The notes beneath the pieces were generated by a model, which had not been told where the DNA came from, did not search any database, and saw nothing but the letters and a program-made list of their open reading frames with translations. The position numbers were made by a program, and so were the translations under genes. DNA of 60,408 bases from an uncultured Enterorhabdus sp. (lineage in GTDB: Bacteria > Actinomycetota > Coriobacteriia > Coriobacteriales > Eggerthellaceae): contig CANPHS010000001.1 in the NCBI GenBank assembly GCA_947573925.1, positions 1 through 60,408 on the forward strand, written 5' to 3'. Below are positions 40,424-48,493 of this stretch, piece after piece; the first letter of the stretch is position 1; each line of letters opens with the position of its first letter.

Positions 40424-40596
40424 AAATGCCATTTTCCGATTTTCCCGAGACAATGCCAGTTGAGGGCAGAAATGGTCGACAGGCGCGGGACGCCTCTGCC
40501 ATTGCAGGCCTGAAGTGGCAGAAAAATGCCAGTTGAGGGCAGAAATGCGCAGTGACCCCCAAACGGGTCGACCATTTCGGGGTGGAAGTGGCATTT
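40424..40596. repeat. Intergenic repeat mosaic
   Basis: AATGCCAGTTGAGGGCAGAAATG at 40452 and 40525 (exact), degenerate inverted copy at 40573-40595, AAATGGTCGAC/GTCGACCATTT inverted pair. Confidence 0.75.
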
Positions 40597-40611
40597 ACTA
40601 TGCGAAAAGAC

Positions 40612-40641
40612 AAAAAGAGGGCCGTCGTTGGGACGGCCCTC
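40612..40641 (-). terminator. nrdD terminator
   Basis: GAGGGCCGTC/GACGGCCCTC stem with an A5 run. Confidence 0.75.
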
Positions 40642-40719
40642 AGGGCGTTCGAATACTTAGAAGCTCGGGCGCTTGAGTGCTCGGGTGCTTGGGACGCGAC
40701 GCTCTACTCGGACGGCGTT

Positions 40720-43053
40720 CTACTCGGCTGCCGGCACGTCGTGCTTTACGCGGTCGTGCTCTTCGGCGCGCTTGGCGTCGTTGAAGCGATCGAGCGTGCC
40801 TACCAGGTAGCCGGTGATGCGGCGGATGCGCTCGAAGGGCTGGTTGTGAGCGTCCTCGGTGCGACCGCACTTGGGGCAGACGTCCTCGATAATGCCGTTG
40901 TAGCCGCACACCGGGTCGCGGTCGACCGGGTGGTTCACCGAGCCGTAGCCCATGCCGCAGTCCTTCATGTAGCGGATGACGCTCTCGAAGGCCTCCAGGT
41001 TGTCCGTCGGGTCGCCGTCCAGCTCGATGTAGGAGATGTGGCCGCCGTTGGTCAGCGCGTGGTAGGGCGCCTCGATGGCGATCTTGTCGAACGCGGAGAT
41101 GTCGTAGTACACCGGCACGTGGAAGCCGTTGGTGTAGTAGTCGCGGTCGGTCACGCCGGGGATGGAGCCGTAGCGCTCGCGGTCGACGCGCACGAAGCGG
41201 CCGGACAGGCCCTCGGCGGGCGTGGCGATGAGCGTGTAGTTCATGCCACGCTCACGCGACACGCGGTCGCAGTAGGAGCGCATGTGGCCCACGATCTCCA
41301 GGCCCAGGCGCTGCGCCTCGGCCGACTCGCCGTGGTGCTTGCCGGTCAGCGCCACCAGGCACTCGGCCAGGCCGATGAAGCCGATGGTCAGCGTGCCGTG
41401 CTTGAGCACCTCGCGCTGCTCGTCGGTGGGCTTGAGCTTCTCGGAGTCGATCCACACGCCCTGGCCCATCAGGAACGGGGCGTTGTACACCTTCTTGCGG
41501 GCCTGGATCTCGAAGCGCTCGTCGAGCTGCGCGGTGACCAGCGCCAGCTTGGAGTCGAGCAGGTCGAAGAACAGGTCCAGGTCGCCCTTGGAGCGAATGG
41601 CTAGGCGCGGCAGGTTGATCGACGTGAACGACAGGTTGCCGCGGCCGGGCGTCACCTCGCGGTCGGGGTCGTAGACGTTGCCCATGACGCGGGTGCGGCA
41701 GCCCATGTAGGCGATCTCCGTCTCGGGCGTGCCCTTGTAGTACTGCGCGTTGAACGGCGCGTCCAGGAAGGAGAAGTTGGGGAACAGGCGCTTGGCCGAG
41801 CAGTGCATGGCCAGCTTGAACAGGTCGTAGTTCGGATCCTCCGGATTGTAGTTCACGCCTTCCTTCACGCGGAAGATCTGCACGGGGAAGATGGGCGTCT
41901 CGCCGGAACCCAGGCCCTCTTCCGTGGCCAGCAGCATGTTCTTGATGACCATGCGGCCCTCGGGAGACGTGTCCATGCCGTAGTTCACCGAGCTGAACGG
42001 CGTCTGCGCGCCGGCGCGGGAATGCATGGTGTTCAAGTTGTGCACCAGCGCCTCCATGGCCTGGAAGGTCTGGCGGTCGGTGTCGCGGGAGGCGTTCTTC
42101 TCGGCGTAGGCCACGATGCGCTCGGCCGTAGCCTCATCGGTGCCGGCGGCAACCAGACCCTCGATGACGGCGGCGCGAAAATCGGGGTCCGCCTCCAGGG
42201 TGGCGAAGGTGCCGGTGGCCTCCTCGATGCGGGCGAGCATGGCCTCGACCACAGAGCGGTCGTCGGCGATGTCGGTGAGCAGGTCCACGCCCTCGGCCAC
42301 GTGCTTCTTGAACAGACGGCGATAGGTCTTGCGCACGCCCTCGGCCAGGCCGTAGTCGAAGTCGCACACCGACTGGCCGCCGTGCTGGTCGTTCTGGTTC
42401 GACTGGATGGCGATGCAGGCCAGGGCCGCGTAGCTGGAGATGTCGTTGGGCTCGCGCAGCACGCCGTGGCCCGTGGAGAAGCCACCCTTGAACAGCTTGC
42501 GCAGCTCGATCTGGCAGCAGGTGGTGGTCAGCGTGTAGAAGTCCATATCGTGGATGTGGATGTCGCCCTCGCGGTGGGCCTTGGCGAAGCGCGGGTCGAT
42601 GACGCACATCTCGTAGAACTGCTTGGCCGACTCAGAGCCGTACTTCAGCATGGTGCCCATGGCGGTGTCGGCGTCGATGTTGGCGTTCTCGCGCTTCATG
42701 TCGGAGTCGGCGGCCTTCGAGAAGGTGATGTCCTTCAGCGTCTGGATGAGGCGGGAGTTCACGTCGCGCACGCGGCTGCGCTCGGCGCGATAGAGGATGT
42801 AGGCCTTGGCGGTCTGCACGAAGCCGGACTCGATGAGGGTCTCCTCCACCAAGTCCTGTACGCCTTCCACGGTGGGCGTGCCCTCGATGGCGCCGCTCTC
42901 AAGCTTCTCGACGACCGTGGCGGCGATCTTCTCGGCGGTGTCGCGCCCCTGCATGGCCGCACAGGCCTGGAACGATTTCTCCACCGCATCGGCGATCTTC
43001 TGGGGATGGAACTCCGCCGTACGCCCGTCGCGCTTGATGATGGTCTTGACCAT
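40720..43053 (-). CDS. nrdD: Class III anaerobic ribonucleoside-triphosphate reductase with ATP cone
   Basis: IKRDGR ATP cone, HIHDMD, TCC, YMGCRT, ATPAEG, CGY...CPKCG, RITGYL glycyl-radical motif. Confidence 0.97.
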   Translation of the reverse strand: MVKTIIKRDGRTAEFHPQKIADAVEKSFQACAAMQGRDTAEKIAATVVEKLESGAIEGTPTVEGVQDLVEETLIESGFVQTAKAYILYRAERSRVRDVNSRLIQTLKDITFSKAADSDMKRENANIDADTAMGTMLKYGSESAKQFYEMCVIDPRFAKAHREGDIHIHDMDFYTLTTTCCQIELRKLFKGGFSTGHGVLREPNDISSYAALACIAIQSNQNDQHGGQSVCDFDYGLAEGVRKTYRRLFKKHVAEGVDLLTDIADDRSVVEAMLARIEEATGTFATLEADPDFRAAVIEGLVAAGTDEATAERIVAYAEKNASRDTDRQTFQAMEALVHNLNTMHSRAGAQTPFSSVNYGMDTSPEGRMVIKNMLLATEEGLGSGETPIFPVQIFRVKEGVNYNPEDPNYDLFKLAMHCSAKRLFPNFSFLDAPFNAQYYKGTPETEIAYMGCRTRVMGNVYDPDREVTPGRGNLSFTSINLPRLAIRSKGDLDLFFDLLDSKLALVTAQLDERFEIQARKKVYNAPFLMGQGVWIDSEKLKPTDEQREVLKHGTLTIGFIGLAECLVALTGKHHGESAEAQRLGLEIVGHMRSYCDRVSRERGMNYTLIATPAEGLSGRFVRVDRERYGSIPGVTDRDYYTNGFHVPVYYDISAFDKIAIEAPYHALTNGGHISYIELDGDPTDNLEAFESVIRYMKDCGMGYGSVNHPVDRDPVCGYNGIIEDVCPKCGRTEDAHNQPFERIRRITGYLVGTLDRFNDAKRAEEHDRVKHDVPAAE

Positions 43054-43221
43054 AACCGCTTTCTTCCTTTCGTTTGCCGCGTTTCCGCGCCTTGCCAACC
43101 ACAACATGCAGAAGTGCGGCAATGTTTTCCCCACTACCGCACTTCCGAAACTCCTAAGGGGTAAACCCGTGTTTCCCGATGTTTTGCCCACCGGCTTTCC
43201 ACAGGTTTTCAACCGCTTGAA

Positions 43222-43269
43222 CCACTATATATAGTGCTTACCTGCCCAAACGGCGGATACATATAGTAC
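43222..43269. promoter_or_regulatory. Tandem NrdR boxes
   Basis: CCACTATATATAGTGC (43222-43237) and CGGATACATATAGTAC (43254-43269), 32 bp apart, upstream of nrdD. Confidence 0.85.
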
Positions 43270-43390
43270 TCGCCGAGGCGTTCGAGATCAACCGAACAAG
43301 TTGTGTTTTTACGCAACCGAAAACTACAGAAGTTTTTTCGATGAGAGGTGACAGCGCGTCAGCAAGCGCCGAGAGACCTTCGCTACCCAA

Positions 43391-44299
43391 CTAACCTTCT
43401 ACCACGACGTCCAGGCCGGCAGTGGCGGCGGCCAGGACGCCGGTGTAGGCGGGGGTGGCATCGCCGGCGGCGCGGAGGAACTGGACGCCGGCGGCGCGGA
43501 GGTCGACGGCGGCGGCCATCATGGTGTCGGGGGCGTAGTAGGGGTTCTCGGTCGTGGGACCCTGCTGCTTGGGATCGCGCTCGGCCACCTGCAGCGTGGC
43601 CGTGAGACAAAGGTCGGCGCCGAGAGAGGCCAGGGTTTCGCGGGCCTCAGCAGCGAGCCGGGCGGCCACGGCCGGCGCGGCCAGGGTGGAGAAGCCGGCT
43701 ACGGCGGCGCCGAGGTCGGCCATGACGACCACGGCCTCGGCCAGGGTGCCGCGTCCCGAGGCGAGCATGCCGTCAGCCGTTACGTCCACCGATGCGAAGA
43801 CGGGCGCATCGCTTGCCTTCCGCAGGCCCATGAGGGCGCACTTCAGGTCATCCACCGTGGTGAAGCCGTTCAAGAAGAAGCCGTCGAACTCCTCGCCGTC
43901 GAACAGAGCCGCGGCGCGGGCGTACTGGTCGCGGTTCTCCACGAGGGAGGCCTTGGAAGACGGATCGAGCGGCAGGCCGCAGGGCGCGATTTCCACCAGC
44001 AGGTGCTGGGGCTTGAAGCTGCGGGGGACGGCCACGGCGGCGCGGGCCAACTCGGCGCCCTTCCCCTCCATGCCGATGGCGGTGAGGCGCCCCGGGGCGA
44101 AGTCGGTCACGGGCGTAATCAGAACCTGGGGGCCCGCCACCGTTTCCAGCCGGTAGATGTCCTCGATGGTCTCGGGCTCCAGCAGCAGGGCCAGAGCCTG
44201 ATCGCGAGCATCGACCACCCCTTGGCGGCGCAGCGCCTCCTGCACGGGGGACGAGACGACGAGCATGTCCTTGAAGAAGCGCAGGGCGATATCGGCCAT
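43391..44299 (-). CDS. Homocysteine S-methyltransferase-fold protein lacking the Zn-binding cysteines
   Basis: Layout resembles the MetH Hcy domain (EIAPCG, DGFFLNGF, PVFASV, SGRGTL), but GxNC reads GFST and GGCCG reads AAGDA. Confidence 0.6.
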   Translation of the reverse strand: MADIALRFFKDMLVVSSPVQEALRRQGVVDARDQALALLLEPETIEDIYRLETVAGPQVLITPVTDFAPGRLTAIGMEGKGAELARAAVAVPRSFKPQHLLVEIAPCGLPLDPSSKASLVENRDQYARAAALFDGEEFDGFFLNGFTTVDDLKCALMGLRKASDAPVFASVDVTADGMLASGRGTLAEAVVVMADLGAAVAGFSTLAAPAVAARLAAEARETLASLGADLCLTATLQVAERDPKQQGPTTENPYYAPDTMMAAAVDLRAAGVQFLRAAGDATPAYTGVLAAATAGLDVVVEG

Positions 44300-44478
44300 G
44301 GGGATTCCTTTCCGCGAAAAATTTTCTTCTCCTATGATACCGGAAGTTTCCGGTTGGCCGTCCGAGGGCCCGTGGCGGGCGAACGGGCATCTGAACGGGG
44401 CAAACGGTGACTGCTTTCGTCCTGATTACAATTCGCCGTCAAAATTGCGCCGTTCTCTTGTGGATGCACTACACATTA

Positions 44479-44508
44479 TGGACGAGAAAACAAGTCTTGC
44501 TTTATTAT
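44479..44508 (+). promoter_or_regulatory. Sigma70-like promoter of the candidate ncRNA
   Basis: TGGACG-N18-TATTAT in an AT-rich patch. Confidence 0.6.
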
Positions 44509-44515
44509 TCGTATC

Positions 44516-44832
44516 AGCGATTTGGAAGTTCCCCTGCTTCCATCGCTCTGCTTCAATCCCCTTGAAAGCAGATTGCGGCCCTCGCTGCCGCTACCCCCTC
44601 CCCCGGCGCGGCGCAGCACCCCTCTTCGCCGCGCCACTTCTTTCTTTGCGATCTTCGCTGGGGTTCGCGGGAGTTGCCTTAACGGCTCCTGCACCGAAGG
44701 GCCCGTTGCCTTGGCAACACCGGCTCGCAGGCTCGGCCACCTTGGCGGCCAGCCCGCCCCCTTGGGCGATGTCGACTGCTCGCGACGATGAGCAAGCCGG
44801 CGGGACGGTGATCGGTCCCGCCGGCATTTTTT
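44516..44832 (+). ncRNA. Candidate ~317-nt multi-hairpin small RNA with C/U-rich loops
   Basis: Promoter, about ten consecutive hairpins, strong terminator GCCGGCGGGAC/GTCCCGCCGGC + T6; no credible ORF. Confidence 0.6.
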
Positions 44833-44847
44833 GTTTCATGTGGAACG
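44832..44847. promoter_or_regulatory. parS-like site
   Basis: TGTTTCATGTGGAACG, 13/16 match to TGTTTCACGTGAAACA. Confidence 0.5.
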
Positions 44848-44892
44848 TTGGGTGAACAGGCTGCGAAACGGCCCGGATACCGTCCTCGAAAG

Positions 44893-44915
44893 AAAAAGGC
44901 CCGCGGGGCGGGCCT
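44893..44915 (-). terminator. Terminator of the acidic hypothetical gene
   Basis: AAGGCCCGC/GCGGGCCTT stem with an A-run on the plus strand. Confidence 0.7.
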
Positions 44916-44943
44916 TGGGGTGCGTCGGGGAAACGGGAAGCGC

Positions 44944-45522
44944 TTACTCGGCGTCGTGGCAGCCGCAGCCGCAGGATTCGCCGGCCTCGTGGTCGTGGGC
45001 GCCGCAGCACTCGGCGTCGTCCTCGGGGGCGGCGGCGAACTTCTCGTCGATTTCTTCCTCGCTGTAGGCGACGGGCTCCTTCAGGGCTTCCATGAAGTTC
45101 GGGGCCTCACCGATGTAGGCGGGCTCGGCCTCAAAGGTGAAATTGCCGGCGTCGTCCACGGTGTACAGGTAGGCCACGGCGTAGCCCTCGTCGGCACCGG
45201 GCTGGCCACCCTCGGCGATGATGGCGTCCTTCACGCCGTCGTCGGTCTCGATGTAGCCATCGTAGCAGAAGGCGTAGCCGCCGGCCCCGCGGGCGCCGCG
45301 CACATTGGCCTCGGCGGCCTCGAAGCACTCCTCGGCGTTCTCGCCGGGATGGGTCTCCAAGAACAGGTTGTCCTTCACCACGAGGGCCGTGAAGGGCACC
45401 AGGTCCTCGCCGCCCTCCAGCTTCTGCTTGCCCTCGTCCAGGGCGAACACGAGCACGCGCTCGAGCTCCTCGGGAATCTCGGGCACCTCGACGCTGTCGT
45501 TTTCGATGTTGCGGTCGGCCAC
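44944..45522 (-). CDS. Acidic hypothetical protein with Cys/His-rich tail
   Basis: Typical codon usage, AGGAGG RBS, GTG start; tail ECCGAHDHEAGESCGCGCHDAE. Confidence 0.8.
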   Translation of the reverse strand: MADRNIENDSVEVPEIPEELERVLVFALDEGKQKLEGGEDLVPFTALVVKDNLFLETHPGENAEECFEAAEANVRGARGAGGYAFCYDGYIETDDGVKDAIIAEGGQPGADEGYAVAYLYTVDDAGNFTFEAEPAYIGEAPNFMEALKEPVAYSEEEIDEKFAAAPEDDAECCGAHDHEAGESCGCGCHDAE

Positions 45523-45725
45523 GACGGGCCTCCTTTCCTACCGGTGTTTGTCCTCCGCAGTGTACCGCAGCTTTCATGACCCGTCGGCCACAAGGCGTTG
45601 ACAAACCGACGGCGCACCCCAACCAATCGATGAGGGCGACCATAATCTTCAGCAACGTATCAGTAGGCAAGACATGAAAGAGAAAGCCTGCGCCGCTCGA
45701 TCGGACAGGCGAGTAAGTACAGGTA

Positions 45726-45858
45726 GGTTGGAGCGGAAGGGGAGGGCACCGCGCGCAGATTCCGCAGACTCGGAAAATAAGGGGTACCATTCCTGACCCC
45801 TTATTTTCCGAAAGCGAGGACTTGCCCGAGCACGGAGTCTTCCCCTTCCGCTCCAACC
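45726..45858. repeat. 133-bp nested hairpin upstream of the yhgE/pip pair
   Basis: Perfect 18-bp outer IR (45726-45743/45841-45858) and 15-bp inner IR (45771-45785/45796-45810). Confidence 0.8.
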
Positions 45859-45889
45859 GGGCAGATGGAATAGACAAGACAGGCCGCCC

Positions 45890-48493
45890 ATGCTCAAACG
45901 CGCCCGGACATATCTCAGCGTCATCTTCGCCATTTTCCGGCGGGACGTGAGGCGCGTGCTGCGCAACCCGGTAGCGCTCGTCATCGTGCTCGGCATGATT
46001 GTGATGCCCTCGGCCTACGCCTGGTACGTGGTGGCCGCGAACTGGGACCCCTACAGCAACACCGAGGCCATGCTCGTGGCCGTGGCCAACGACGACGCCG
46101 GCGCCGACAGCCCCGAGGCGGGGCCTTTGGACGTGGGCGCGAGCGTGGTGGACCAACTGCGCGACAACCACACCATGGGCTGGGAATTCACCGATCGTGA
46201 AAGCGCCATCAACGGCGTGTACGAGGGCAAGTACTGGGCGGCCCTCGTCATTCCCGAGAATTTCAGCGCCGACTTCGCCAGCGTGTTCACCGGCACGTTC
46301 ACCCAGCCCACCATCGAGTACTACGTGAACGAGAAGCCCTCGTCCATCGCCCCGAAGGTGACCGACGCCGCTGCCGACGCCGTGCAGAAAGCCGTGAACG
46401 AGAACTTCGTGAAGACCGTGGCCGAGAAGGTGATGGGCACGACCCAAGAAGCGGGGGAACATGCGGAAACCCAGGGGGAAACAGCCGAAAGCAGCCTGGC
46501 CGCCGGCGTGCGCCAAGCCCACGACACCGTGAAGGCGGCCCACGCCACCTTGGAAACGCTGTCAGGCACCGTGAAGGACACCCGCACCGCCGTGCAGAGC
46601 GCCGAGGGGACCCTGGCGGGGCTTGAAAAGGACATCCCCCATTTGCGCGAGGCCATCGCCCAGTCGAAGCAGCTGCTGGAACAGACGCGCACCACCGCCG
46701 ACGACTACGGCAGCAAGCTGGCCAAACAGGCGACCGACGGCGCCTTGGGCCTCGCGGGCGCGGCCAGCCAGGCCCAACGGGCGCTGGGCACCGTGCGCGG
46801 CGAGGTGGCCCAAGCGGAAGCGGCCGCGGGCACCGCGCTGACCGAGGCCCAAACCCTCGTGCTGGACAACGAGGCGCTGGTGGCCGAGCTTTCCAAGGAA
46901 GCGGAAGGGGCCGACGTTCCCGCCGCCGTCACCGACGCCTTGGCCGCTGCCCGGGAAGGCAACGACCGGCTGGCCGAGACCATCGGCGCGTTGCAGGAGG
47001 CCCAAACCTCCCTGACCGCCACCGCCTCGTCCCTGGAAACCGAGGCCGGCACCTTGAACGACGCCGCGGCCGCCAGCGCAACTTCGGCCCAGCAAGCGGC
47101 CGGTGCCTTCCAAGAACAAGTGCTGCCCGACCTCACCCGCAGCCTGGACGGGCTGGTGGACGCCGCCGGCACCCTGGACGGTGCCCTGGCCGGCCTCACC
47201 CCGGCCCTGGCCCAGGCCCGGGCCATTTTGGCCTCGTTGGACGCCACCCTGGGCACCTCCACCAACTCGCTCGCCTCCACCGTGGACGCTCTGGCCACCA
47301 TGGAAGGCAACCTGGACGCCACCGAGCGCGACCTGGCGGCGCTGCAGGGCTCGGCCGCCGTGAAGGCCCTGGCCGAGTATTTGAAGGCCGACCCCGACAC
47401 CGTGGGATCGTTCATGGCCTCCCCGGTGAGCCTGGACACCCAGCTCATCTACCCCGTAAAGAACTACGGCAGCGGCGTGGCGCCCTTCTTCACGAACCTG
47501 GCCCTGTGGGTGGCCGGGTTCATTCTCATGGCCATGGTGAAGATGCGCGTGGACCCGGAGGGCCTGCCGAAGTTCACCGCCGTGCAGGCCTACTTCGGCC
47601 GCTGGCTGTTCTACGTGGCGGCGGGGCTGGCCATGGGGCTCGTGTGCTGCGCGGGCGACTTGGCCCTCGGCATCCAGTGCGAAAGCCCGGCAGCCTTCAT
47701 CGGCGCGGGACTGCTCACCGTGTTTGTGGATGTGAACCTCATGTTCGCGTTGGCCTACGCCTTCCGCCACATTGGGAAGGCCGTGGCCGTTATCCTGCTC
47801 ATCGTGCAGATTCCCGGCTCCTCGGGCATGTTCCCCATCGAGATGATGCCGGCATTCTTCCAGTTCATCCACCCGCTGCTGCCCTTCACCTACTCCATCG
47901 ACGCCATGCGCGAGGCCATCGGCGGCTTCTACGGGCTGGACTACCTGACCGACATGCTGCTGCTCGGGCTCTTGTTCGTGCCCCTCGGGTTCGCCATCGG
48001 CCTGGGCCTGGGCCAGGCCGACTTCAACCTGAACCTGCTCTTCGACGAGAAGCTGGGCGAAACCGACCTGTTGCTGGCCGAGCCCGTGACCCCCGCCGCC
48101 AAGGCCGCCGGCGCTGCTACCAAGGCCCACTTCCGCACCCGGACGCTCATGCGGGCCCTGCTGAACACCGAGGCCTTCCGCGAGCAACTGGTGCGGAGGG
48201 CTGAGCGGTTCCGGCGGCTCTACCCGCACCTGACCCGGGCCGGCTGGGTGGCGCTGTTCGCCCAACCGCTCATCACCTTCGCCGTTATGGTGCTGGTGAA
48301 GGCCGATGTGGACACGCGGGTCATGATGCTTATGGCCATGGTGGCGGGCATCATCGTGGTGGATGCCTACCTTATTGTGATCAGCCTTTTGAACGCCCGG
48401 CTCGCCCACCAGCTGGCCCTGGCGAACCTGGCCCCCGACGAGCTGCACGCCGAAGCATCCCGCAAAGCCGGCGGTGATTCCCCATGCGCATGA
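45890..48493 (+). CDS. YhgE/Pip family membrane protein
   Basis: PSAYAWY...WDPYSNT...VAVANDD, YYVNEK, long helical region, NYGSGVAPFF, FPIEM, PFTYSIDAMREAIGG. Confidence 0.92.
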   Translation: MLKRARTYLSVIFAIFRRDVRRVLRNPVALVIVLGMIVMPSAYAWYVVAANWDPYSNTEAMLVAVANDDAGADSPEAGPLDVGASVVDQLRDNHTMGWEFTDRESAINGVYEGKYWAALVIPENFSADFASVFTGTFTQPTIEYYVNEKPSSIAPKVTDAAADAVQKAVNENFVKTVAEKVMGTTQEAGEHAETQGETAESSLAAGVRQAHDTVKAAHATLETLSGTVKDTRTAVQSAEGTLAGLEKDIPHLREAIAQSKQLLEQTRTTADDYGSKLAKQATDGALGLAGAASQAQRALGTVRGEVAQAEAAAGTALTEAQTLVLDNEALVAELSKEAEGADVPAAVTDALAAAREGNDRLAETIGALQEAQTSLTATASSLETEAGTLNDAAAASATSAQQAAGAFQEQVLPDLTRSLDGLVDAAGTLDGALAGLTPALAQARAILASLDATLGTSTNSLASTVDALATMEGNLDATERDLAALQGSAAVKALAEYLKADPDTVGSFMASPVSLDTQLIYPVKNYGSGVAPFFTNLALWVAGFILMAMVKMRVDPEGLPKFTAVQAYFGRWLFYVAAGLAMGLVCCAGDLALGIQCESPAAFIGAGLLTVFVDVNLMFALAYAFRHIGKAVAVILLIVQIPGSSGMFPIEMMPAFFQFIHPLLPFTYSIDAMREAIGGFYGLDYLTDMLLLGLLFVPLGFAIGLGLGQADFNLNLLFDEKLGETDLLLAEPVTPAAKAAGAATKAHFRTRTLMRALLNTEAFREQLVRRAERFRRLYPHLTRAGWVALFAQPLITFAVMVLVKADVDTRVMMLMAMVAGIIVVDAYLIVISLLNARLAHQLALANLAPDELHAEASRKAGGDSPCA

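Noticed and set aside
21326-40719. Prophage, ICE or IS-bounded transposon
   Set aside because: No integrase, transposase, relaxase, phage structural gene or tRNA att site found in the window.
43054-43220. Cobalamin riboswitch or DnaA boxes in the nrdD leader
   Set aside because: No B12-box motifs; DnaA-like 9-mers have two or more mismatches; only one hairpin is evident.
44522-44791. 89-aa ORF inside the candidate ncRNA
   Set aside because: TTG start without RBS, Pro/Arg-rich composition and atypical codon use.
44516-44832. tmRNA, RNase P or SRP RNA identity
   Set aside because: No tRNA-like ends, no GAGGAAAGUCC P4 motif, and no SRP GGAA-loop domain on either strand.
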